A stretch of DNA of 64,000 bases from assembly GCA_029262455.1 (NCBI GenBank), contig JAJCZJ010000020.1, positions 325,078 through 389,077 on the forward strand, in the 5' to 3' direction. The translations under genes and the position numbers were made by a program. Of the stretch, positions 45,413-53,226 are shown piece by piece. Positions within the stretch are counted from its first letter, which is position 1, and every line of letters starts with the position of its first letter. The notes under the pieces were generated by a model. That model saw nothing but the letters and a program-made list of their open reading frames with translations. It did not search any database and was not told the origin of the DNA. The stretch comes from Deltaproteobacteria bacterium. Lineage in GTDB: Bacteria > Desulfobacterota > Binatia > HRBIN30 > CADEER01.

Positions 45413-45892
45413 TTACTCCTCGCCCTTGGTTTCTTTTCCCACGGGAGCCGGTCGGCCCTCGTCGTCATCCGAAGCAATGAGCTTTTTAGCACCGAAGCCA
45501 AAGAGCGCCGCTGCGGCCACAGCCGCGGCGCCGCCTGAAACCACAGGCGCATCGACTGCTGCCTGAAAGGCGGTCGGAACCGCCGTACTGGGAAGGCCCG
45601 GATCGAGGACCGTCGGGACCTGCGTCGGTGCGGCAGTAGGATTGAGGCAAAGTGACGGCGAATTGGTACATTGCGTCGTCCCAGCTTCGACAGGCGCGAC
45701 GAATCCAAGATCAGACGAGACCGGTACCGATAAGATCACCGGCGTTACCCAGGCAATCTTGAGCGCCGAGCGCCTTGAAATATCGTCGGAAAAAGTCGGC
45801 CGCGCCGCCTTCCCGTCCGTCACCAGCTCGCCCCGCAGCCGCTCGATCTCCTCGAGAAGCTCCTTTTTCGTCTTCGTTCCGTCACCCGCCAT
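45413..45892 (-). CDS. Pro/Thr-rich small protein, paralog of 31963..32469, with a C-terminal hydrophobic anchor and acidic tail; candidate substrate/precursor 2
   Basis: ORF 45413..45997 trimmed to ATG 45892, which has a GGAGAGGG SD upstream. MAGDGTKTKKELLEEIERLRGEL...DISRRSALKIAWVTPVILSVPV, P/T/S/A-rich middle, GGAAAVAAAALFGFGAKKLIASDDDEG. Confidence 0.65.
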   Translation of the reverse strand: MAGDGTKTKKELLEEIERLRGELVTDGKAARPTFSDDISRRSALKIAWVTPVILSVPVSSDLGFVAPVEAGTTQCTNSPSLCLNPTAAPTQVPTVLDPGLPSTAVPTAFQAAVDAPVVSGGAAAVAAAALFGFGAKKLIASDDDEGRPAPVGKETKGEE

Positions 45893-46048
45893 TATAGACC
45901 CTCTCCAATGCTGCCGCTGCCATAGCAAGAATCCGACCCAAATCCCAGGCCTGCGACATCGATTTCCTGGATTCGCGGTGAGACACCCCCTGCGCACTCG
46001 TAGCAGCGGCTCGGCAGCCTATCCCGATCAAGTGGGAGAATGGGCGTG

Positions 46049-46744
46049 TCATCCCACCCCGCAGACCTCCCGACCCGTGGCTTCACGATAGTAGGACACA
46101 TCCTCGGCGCAAATGCGCAAAGCCAGTTCTCGCGTCTCCCCATCATAGAAAAGCTCCGGAACCGGCATCCCGTGCCGGCGAAGCCAGCCCGGGGAACGAT
46201 CTGTCGCGCGCTCTCGAATCGTCACGTCCTGCGGCGAAGGATTCTCGTGCAGGACCGGCGCGGAAACCGAAACTCTCTCGTTTAAGCTCGCCAGCCCCCG
46301 CGAGAGATCTTCCACCGCAACGACTTCGTCGAAGTCTATCTGATGCGTGTTTCGGACCTGCGGCACCAAATGGTGCTGGGGTTCGATCCCGCGGGTCTGA
46401 ACATGCTGCAAGGTGTAGAGGAACTTGCGAAAGCTCTTGTCCCGCAGCGAGAGCTTCCGGTCATCGTCGGCAAAGCACCACAACGTTTCATCGCGCACGA
46501 CCCACAAGGTGTAGAACCCGACGAGTCGGCGAAGCGGATCGCGCACAAAGAAGACCTTCCAATAGTCACGACAGCGGTCGATGTCGCCGTGCCAAATCAG
46601 GAAAGCGTCAAGGTCTTCGACCGGTTGCTTCGTCTTCTCCTCAATCGCTGCCTTGCACCACGATCGGATGCTGTTCGAACCACACTTGGGACTATAGACG
46701 GCAAGTACTTCGAGTGGATCCGCGGCTAGGAAGAAGTGGGCCAT
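46049..46744 (-). CDS. Sulfotransferase (Sulfotransfer_2-like)
   Basis: MAHFFLAADPLEVLAVYSPKCGSNSIRSW (5'-PSB-like), KVFFVRDPLRRLVGFY (3'-PB-like). The frame stays open upstream through the heptamer repeat to GTG 46900, so an N-terminal HESPVTS-repeat extension cannot be excluded. Confidence 0.65.
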   Translation of the reverse strand: MAHFFLAADPLEVLAVYSPKCGSNSIRSWCKAAIEEKTKQPVEDLDAFLIWHGDIDRCRDYWKVFFVRDPLRRLVGFYTLWVVRDETLWCFADDDRKLSLRDKSFRKFLYTLQHVQTRGIEPQHHLVPQVRNTHQIDFDEVVAVEDLSRGLASLNERVSVSAPVLHENPSPQDVTIRERATDRSPGWLRRHGMPVPELFYDGETRELALRICAEDVSYYREATGREVCGVG

Positions 46745-46759
46745 GGGGATTCTATGTGT

Positions 46760-46878
46760 GTGATTGGTGACTGGTGATTCGTGACTGGTGACTGGTGATT
46801 CGTGACTGGTGACTGGTGATTCGTGACTGGTGACTGGTGATTCGTGACTGGTGACTGGTGACTGGTGACTGGTGATTG
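46760..46878. repeat. 17 tandem heptamers GTGAYTS, with a 21-bp super-repeat GTGACTGGTGACTGGTGATTC
   Basis: Counted by hand from the sequence: 119 bp = 17 x 7, lying between the GT60-like stop (46893) and the sulfotransferase ATG (46744). Confidence 0.9.
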
Positions 46879-46892
46879 GTTGGGCAAAAGTT

Positions 46893-47900
46893 CTACACAC
46901 CGGCGCCGGCCTGGTACTCTTCGAAAGTGACGCAGCTCTCCCAGTCGGACGGCGACCGGATTGTCACTGGGTCGGGGTTCGCGCCACTAAACGCATCCGG
47001 ATGCGCGCGTTTGGCTCGGAAGTCAAAGCCCGAAAAAATCTCGTAGTCCCGCAAGGTCCGCACCCGACCGAAACCGTACGGTCCGGGCAGCGGTGATTCA
47101 TAGCTCGAGAGCAGCTGTTCCAAACGGGCAAACGCCTCGCGGTTGCGGCGCTCGACGACGTCTTCCCCCTGCTCCCAATGGCGCCGCGGCGGCCCGTCGT
47201 TGTGCTGCATGTGCCATGCCACGACTTCCGTTGGAAGAAAGAAGTCGTACCCCCAGGTGTACGAACGAATGGTCACATTCAGCTCTTCGCCCCAATAGTA
47301 TTGTCCGGGATCCTGCGGCACCTCGACATTCCAGATGCCGCGCGAGAACGCGAAGTTGCCGTTGACAAACCGTGTACGCCCCGGCTTCTTGACGTTGGGG
47401 GCTCCAAAGTCGAACCACGGCGCCCAATGGTCCGACGCGCTCCAGCCGCTCACCTTGGTCGTCGGCACACCCATTTCAGTACGACGCTGCGGCACACCAT
47501 CCTCGTCGTACCAGAATAGGGGAGCATTCATGCTGAGAACGGGTTTCTCACTGGGGAGAGCCTCCAGCATCTCGATCAGCCGCGCGTCCCAGTCGGGCTC
47601 GAGCTTCATATGGGAATCGATCTGCAGAGTGTAGGGTTCACCTCGCCACAGAGACTGCGCAATATTACGCGCCCAGGGGCCGCCCTGGCTTGCCGCAATC
47701 GTCGTATCCACAAACCGAAACCGCGGATCTCGGCGAAAATCCTCCAACGGCACCGGCGCTTTTGGGTCACGCTGCCAGCAAATTCCGAAACGCAGCGAAT
47801 CTGGAGCACTTGCCGTTTCGATCGCGTCACGCAAGGTGCGCGGCAACTCGGGGTCCGTGTACGACGCGATCGCGACGAAGATCTGAGGGTGGGAAGCCAC
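46893..47900 (-). CDS. GT60 Gnt1-like (PF11397) glycosyltransferase, paralog of 38930..40156 without the basic extension
   Basis: MASHPQIFVAIASYTDPEL, LQIDSHMKL, and the C-terminal GFGRVRTLRDYEIFSGFD parallels GLGRSRTVADWAEITGLD. Confidence 0.65.
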   Translation of the reverse strand: MASHPQIFVAIASYTDPELPRTLRDAIETASAPDSLRFGICWQRDPKAPVPLEDFRRDPRFRFVDTTIAASQGGPWARNIAQSLWRGEPYTLQIDSHMKLEPDWDARLIEMLEALPSEKPVLSMNAPLFWYDEDGVPQRRTEMGVPTTKVSGWSASDHWAPWFDFGAPNVKKPGRTRFVNGNFAFSRGIWNVEVPQDPGQYYWGEELNVTIRSYTWGYDFFLPTEVVAWHMQHNDGPPRRHWEQGEDVVERRNREAFARLEQLLSSYESPLPGPYGFGRVRTLRDYEIFSGFDFRAKRAHPDAFSGANPDPVTIRSPSDWESCVTFEEYQAGAGV

Positions 47901-48115
47901 GATTCATACTCTTGCCGAAGCCAAGGTCGCACCGCAAGTGACAGAGACACCCGTCTATAGCCGCTCCACCGCTTGAATCTTGGTCGAGGACTCGGGATTC
48001 CAAACAACCTCCTCATGGCTCCAAGATCGGGATCTTCGCAGACAATCGACCCGCAAGGTTGCCCGAGCCACTGCGAGCGCGGCCGCAAACCCACCCGATC
48101 CACTCGACCCCCGGA

Positions 48116-49114
48116 TCAGACCTTGTGGGCGAGCCCCTTTTCCCGCGCCGTGTACTGATCGAAGATCCAGGCGTAGGTTTTCTCGATACCGTCGCGCAAT
48201 GAAGTAGACGGAGCCCAACCGAGCTTCTCAATGATCATCGTGTTGTCGCTGCTCCGCCCGTCGACACCCTTCGGAGCATCCAGTTTATAGGTTCGCTCGA
48301 GCCGAATTCCGGCAATCTCTTCGACGACATCGACCAGATCATTGATGGACACTGTCTCACTTGAGCCGAGATTGATCGGGTCCGAGACACTGCTCTCCAT
48401 CAGCCGACGAATTCCCTCGATGCAGTCATCGATGTACGTAAACGAGCGACCCTGGTTTCCATCGCCCCAGATTTCAATGCGATGATCGCCGCGGACTTTT
48501 GCTTCGATCACCTTTCGACAGATCGCCGCGGGTGCCTTCTCGCGACCACCGTCCCAGGTCCCATGAGGCCCATACACATTGTGGAAGCGAGCCACTCGCG
48601 TCCGCATCCCAAAGTCCTCCATGAAATGGCGGCACATACGCTCGGAGAACAGCTTCTCCCACCCGTACCCATCTTCCGGCATCGCCGGGTACACGTCGTC
48701 CTCTTTCAAGGGAGTGACATCATAGCCACGTTGCTTGTCCGCCCTGTATACGCATGCCGACGACGCGTAGAAAAAGCTCTCGGTGCCGCACACATTCGCA
48801 GCTTCCAACAGATGGGTATTGATCAAGACGTTGAGCATGCACAGAGCCTTGTTGCTCTCGATGAAGCCCATGCCGCCCATATCACAGGCCATCTGGTACA
48901 CGACTCCGACCCCCTCGCAGACATCCATGCACGGACTCCGCAACCGCAGATCCAGCTGCCGATTGTCGACGTCGTCGAAGCACTGGTACCACTCTTCGAT
49001 CGGTTTGAGATCGACCGCGCGTAGGTTGGGCTCACCACGCTGGCGCAAGTCGGCAACAATCTGCCCCCCGATAAACCCGCCCGCGCCTGTGACTAGAACA
49101 GTAGAAGCAACCAT
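48116..49114 (-). CDS. GDP-mannose 3,5-epimerase-like extended SDR
   Basis: VTGAGGFIGG, ACDMGGMGFI, FFYASSACVY, RFHNVYGPHGTWDGGREKAPAAICRK, EIWGDGNQGRSFTYIDDC, GVDGRSSDNTMIIEKLGWAP. Collinear with plant GME as I recall it. Confidence 0.8.
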   Translation of the reverse strand: MVASTVLVTGAGGFIGGQIVADLRQRGEPNLRAVDLKPIEEWYQCFDDVDNRQLDLRLRSPCMDVCEGVGVVYQMACDMGGMGFIESNKALCMLNVLINTHLLEAANVCGTESFFYASSACVYRADKQRGYDVTPLKEDDVYPAMPEDGYGWEKLFSERMCRHFMEDFGMRTRVARFHNVYGPHGTWDGGREKAPAAICRKVIEAKVRGDHRIEIWGDGNQGRSFTYIDDCIEGIRRLMESSVSDPINLGSSETVSINDLVDVVEEIAGIRLERTYKLDAPKGVDGRSSDNTMIIEKLGWAPSTSLRDGIEKTYAWIFDQYTAREKGLAHKV

Positions 49115-49228
49115 GGTCAGTCTGTATTTGCCTCTAACAGCTCACGTTGCAAGGATCAGCCGGGAACAATCGATGCATTCACTTCCTCATGCTTCGCCCG
49201 AAAGAGTAGACTCGAAGGTCAGGCAACA

Positions 49229-51316
49229 ATGACTGAGAAATCGCCCTGGCATGACGCTCTGAAGCTGGCGGCGTCAGGAAGTCGCAACGGAGTAGCGGCC
49301 ATCGTAGACGAGGCGCTCGCGGCTTCTGCTGTCAGCTCGAAGTACGAAACTATAGCTGCGAGAATCTTCCTTCTCGCCGCAGACTTCCCAAAGGCCGTCG
49401 CAGCTTGGGAACGTGCTCGACAAAAGGCGCAGACGGACGAAGACACTCGTGAGGTGAACATCGTGCGCGCGCTCGTTTCAGGGATGCTCGGAGACTTCGC
49501 GACCTCTCTGGACACCTACCACCAAGTCGTCAACGAGGGTTCCGACATCGCAACAATCCTCGCCGCAATCGAGGTCGCAGTGCGCGCCGAAGCCTGGGAA
49601 AAAATCCAACGTTGGCAACCGATCCTGGAAAAGCACGCGTCAGCAAAGCTCGAGCACAACCTGCGCCTCGCCGATCAGCTTCGACTCGCTGGCCGAGTCG
49701 ACGATGCTCGAGCGCTCATCCTCAGAGCCGTCGCGGCATCGACAGATCCGAAGGTCGCCAGGCCAGCGGCCGCACAACTTCTGATCGTCTGCGGCGCCTA
49801 CGACGAAGCGAGGCAGCTGTTCGAAGCACAGATCTCAGCAGGCGTAGCCTGTGCTTCGTCTCATGCGGGCATGTCTACCCTTCAGCTGTGGCACGGAGAC
49901 GTGGGCACCGCGTTGCAGGCCGCAGCAAACGCCTGCCGAATCAATCCGGAACTGAAGACAACGCGAAAAGTTGAGGCCATTGGGAAACTTCTCGACGGGG
50001 AGCACGCAGCGGCCATCGAGGCTTTGGACTCTTTGGTGAACTCCGGCGAAGCAAACGATGCTGAAACTCATGCATGGCGCGCTGAAGCGCTTGTGAGACA
50101 GGGCAAACACGATCTCGCAATGGCTGCCGCGCGCAACGCTGGAGATCTCAGTCCAGATCACGCCACTTTCATCGCGGTGCGCGTCATCGAAGCGCTCACG
50201 GCAGTACGCAGCGGGCGACGACCAACGGGAGACGGCACACTCGTCCGTGCCGTTGAGGTGCTCTGCGGTGCGCGCGACGCGTCTCTGCTACGAAAAACAA
50301 TGCGGCGCGTCGCGGCCGGTCCCTGGATGGGTCCGGACAGAGTATTGGCAGCTGGGACACGGTGGCTCCGCCGCATCGGGATCCCTGTCGCCGAAATCGC
50401 CACACCGGCGGAGGTCGAATCCATTTTGGAACGAAGTCTGGAGGCCATGGGTGGAAATCGTAGCCCCTTTCATCCGACACGAGTGGAGGGTGGAAAGCTC
50501 AAGCCGCTGCGCGTCGAAGCGCCGCCGCGCACACTCGTGAGAGATGCCCAACACGCGGTTCGGTTCGGCGGCTACGAGACCGCGCGCCGACGGCTCGACC
50601 TATTGATCGAGCGTTACCCTGGCTGGCCGCAGCCTTGGTACTACCGCGCCGAGATCTTGATGTGGCTCGGTCGCTACGACGAAGCTCGGGAAGACCTGGA
50701 GATCGCCCTGTCCCGGAAGCACAGTGATCCGGAAATCGAACACGGATACTGGCACCACATCGGCCTCGCCGGCGTGCATCTCATGCAAGGGAGACCCGAG
50801 ATCGCGCTGCGAACCATTGATCGCGTGCGGCGCCGTATGATCGGATCTCCGGCCCAACCGTACTACGCCTGGCGCGGCGAGATCCTTCGAGCCTTGGGAC
50901 GAAGCGAAGAAGCAAGGGATGCGCTGCAGGAGGTTTGCCCACCTGGCGGTCGCCGTCTCGGTTCGTGGCTTACGTTGGCAATGGTCTGCCACGATCTCGG
51001 AGAAACTCAGCGAACCAGGCAGATCCTCGTGCAAGCGGCGGAGAGCGCACCATCCTTGATGCTCGACCTTGCGCGGTCACCACAAGTCGCCCGATCTCTC
51101 AATCGGCTACAAGGTCAATCCGGCTGCGACACACTGTCGGACCGGGAGGTTCTCGAACTCCTAGCTCGAATGACAAAAGCTCTGCGCGGCAATCGCAGTG
51201 CCTCTTGTGTCACCTTTGTCGACTCCGATGGGAGTCTCCGTGCGATCCCACCGAACGGCTTCTACGAAAACGTCGCCCGACACATCGAGATTGATGGCAT
51301 TCGCGCCAAGTTGTAG
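49229..51316 (+). CDS. TPR-like all-helical repeat protein, function unknown
   Basis: 695 aa, Ala/Leu/Arg-rich helical repeats (for example YYRAEILMWLGRYDEAREDLEIAL). Divergent from the epimerase gene. Confidence 0.6.
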   Translation: MTEKSPWHDALKLAASGSRNGVAAIVDEALAASAVSSKYETIAARIFLLAADFPKAVAAWERARQKAQTDEDTREVNIVRALVSGMLGDFATSLDTYHQVVNEGSDIATILAAIEVAVRAEAWEKIQRWQPILEKHASAKLEHNLRLADQLRLAGRVDDARALILRAVAASTDPKVARPAAAQLLIVCGAYDEARQLFEAQISAGVACASSHAGMSTLQLWHGDVGTALQAAANACRINPELKTTRKVEAIGKLLDGEHAAAIEALDSLVNSGEANDAETHAWRAEALVRQGKHDLAMAAARNAGDLSPDHATFIAVRVIEALTAVRSGRRPTGDGTLVRAVEVLCGARDASLLRKTMRRVAAGPWMGPDRVLAAGTRWLRRIGIPVAEIATPAEVESILERSLEAMGGNRSPFHPTRVEGGKLKPLRVEAPPRTLVRDAQHAVRFGGYETARRRLDLLIERYPGWPQPWYYRAEILMWLGRYDEAREDLEIALSRKHSDPEIEHGYWHHIGLAGVHLMQGRPEIALRTIDRVRRRMIGSPAQPYYAWRGEILRALGRSEEARDALQEVCPPGGRRLGSWLTLAMVCHDLGETQRTRQILVQAAESAPSLMLDLARSPQVARSLNRLQGQSGCDTLSDREVLELLARMTKALRGNRSASCVTFVDSDGSLRAIPPNGFYENVARHIEIDGIRAKL

Positions 51317-51498
51317 TGCCCGCTCAAATCCTCCGATACCAGCCGACTGCTACGGAGCAAAGCAAGTAGTGCGCTTGGCCCGTTTTGCGAGACAGGAGCC
51401 TGCTATTCGGGGGCCGGGGGTGGATACGGCTGGGTGCGCCGAACTCGTGGGCATCACCGGGTGGGCGCTCGCACCGTCGGCCTGCTATCGTGTCGGTC

Positions 51499-52260
51499 AT
51501 GAACGAGAACCTCTCGAAAAATCCACACCTGGCAGCGCTCCTCGTAGCCATGCTCGCGACGACCTCCGCCCTAGCCGAACCGCCGCCAGCCTATTTGAGC
51601 GCGGCAGTTGCCAATCCCGATCGCAACGCCGCCGACCGTGCCAGGGATGAGAATCGCAATCCCGCTGAAGTGCTTGCGTTCTTCGGGATCGAACCAGGCA
51701 TGACGGTGGTCGACCTCATGGCGGGTCGGGGCTACTACTCGGACCTGCTGTGTCGCGCTGTCGGCGACACAGGCAAAGTCTTCGTACATAACAATCGCTT
51801 CGTGCTAGAGCGCTTCGCCGAGAAAGCCGTCGCCGAGCTGGTTGCAAAGCCCGAGTTCGCTCATTGCAAGAGGTTGGATCGCGAGCTGGACAATCTCGGC
51901 CTTGGCGACGGGACCCTCGACGCTGCCGTCATGGTGTTGTTCTACCACGACACCTATTGGCAGAAGACTGATCGGACAAAGATGAACGCGGGCATCCTTC
52001 GAGCGCTGAAACCAGGCGGCGTTTTTGGAGTCGTCGACCACCACGCTGAGCCGGGCTCCAAAGACCGCGATGTGAGCACACTACATCGAGTCGAGGCCAC
52101 CATCGTGAAGCGTGAAATCATCGACGCCGGATTCGTTCTCGAAGCGGAGAGCGAGCTACTCCGCCATCCCGACGATGATCGCACGCTCAACGTCTTCAAG
52201 CCGGAGATACGCGGCAAAACAGACCGCTTTATCTACCGCTTCCGCAAGCCGACCGAGTAG
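51499..52260 (+). CDS. Secreted class I SAM-dependent methyltransferase-like protein
   Basis: ORF 51385..52260 trimmed to ATG 51499. Signal LAALLVAMLATTSALA. VVDLMAGRGYYS, LKPGGVFGVVDH. Confidence 0.65.
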   Translation: MNENLSKNPHLAALLVAMLATTSALAEPPPAYLSAAVANPDRNAADRARDENRNPAEVLAFFGIEPGMTVVDLMAGRGYYSDLLCRAVGDTGKVFVHNNRFVLERFAEKAVAELVAKPEFAHCKRLDRELDNLGLGDGTLDAAVMVLFYHDTYWQKTDRTKMNAGILRALKPGGVFGVVDHHAEPGSKDRDVSTLHRVEATIVKREIIDAGFVLEAESELLRHPDDDRTLNVFKPEIRGKTDRFIYRFRKPTE

Positions 52261-52266
52261 CACGAC

Positions 52267-53163
52267 ATGACTTCCAGTGACACGAACGGCAAGCGGGTCC
52301 TCGTCGCCGGGGCAACAGGTTACCTCGGCAAGTTTGCAGTCCAGCAGTTCAAGCGGCGCGGATACTGGGTTCGAGCTCTAACCCGCAGCGAGGAGCGACT
52401 GCGACGCGGCGGCCCGTTCACGGCTCCCGCCATCGCACCAGAAGACTGCGACGAAATCTTTGTGGGTGAGGCTACAAAACCGGAGACGCTCGCAGGCCTG
52501 CTGGACGGAATCGACATTGTCTTCTCGTCGATTGGGATCTCGCGCCAACGCGACGGCCTGACCTTCGAGCAGGTCGACTATCAGGCCAACCGCAATCTGA
52601 TCGACCTTTGCTCAGGGACGTCGGTCGAAAACTTCGTCTATGTCTCCATGCTCGGGGCAGAGCAGATTTCCAACCTTGCCATCACCATCGCGCACGAACG
52701 GGTCGTCGAAACATTGCGCACCTCTGGTCTCGAATACACCATTGTCCGGCCCTCCGGGTACTTCTCCGATATGGGAGTACTGCTGGATATGGCAAAGCGT
52801 GGTCGGGCGTTGTTGGTCGGCAGCGGGAACAACCGCTTTACCCCTATCCACGGTCGCGACCTCGCCGATGTTTGCGTCGACGCGGCCGCCGGAAGTGATC
52901 GAGAGGTCGAAGCCGGCGGCCCTGAGACGATGACCCAACGCGAAGCCGCCGCGCTGGCATTCGACGTTGCGGGCAAGCCGGTGAAGATGACCGTCATACC
53001 CCTGTGGCTGGCCAAAGGATTGGCCCGAACCATCGGGCTGCTCAACACACAGTTCGGCGATCTCGCAGAGTTCATCGTCACCGCCGGTGAAGTCGACGCC
53101 GTCGCTCCAACACGCGGCAGAACCACCCTGCGCAGCTACTTCGAGAGCTTGAACGATAGTTGA
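52267..53163 (+). CDS. NAD(P)-binding NmrA/atypical SDR family protein
   Basis: VLVAGATGYLGKFAVQQFKRRGYWVRALTRS Rossmann motif. Confidence 0.75.
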   Translation: MTSSDTNGKRVLVAGATGYLGKFAVQQFKRRGYWVRALTRSEERLRRGGPFTAPAIAPEDCDEIFVGEATKPETLAGLLDGIDIVFSSIGISRQRDGLTFEQVDYQANRNLIDLCSGTSVENFVYVSMLGAEQISNLAITIAHERVVETLRTSGLEYTIVRPSGYFSDMGVLLDMAKRGRALLVGSGNNRFTPIHGRDLADVCVDAAAGSDREVEAGGPETMTQREAAALAFDVAGKPVKMTVIPLWLAKGLARTIGLLNTQFGDLAEFIVTAGEVDAVAPTRGRTTLRSYFESLNDS

Positions 53164-53226
53164 GGACGCCGGCACAACGAGGTGCCAACGCGCCGACATT
53201 GCTCAGCACCCCGCAACGGCCTGCGG

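Noticed and set aside
46760-46878. Possible CRISPR array.
   Set aside because: The units are contiguous 7-bp repeats without spacers, and there are no cas genes.
46745-46900. The ORF track extends the sulfotransferase with MCRTFAQPITSHQSPVTSHESPVTSHESPVTSHESPVTSHESPVTNHTHRIP.
   Set aside because: Not adopted as the CDS start. The repeat has no stops in any minus-strand frame, so openness is uninformative, and the sulfotransferase fold begins at MAHFF (46744). It is kept as an open question in the findings rather than as annotation.
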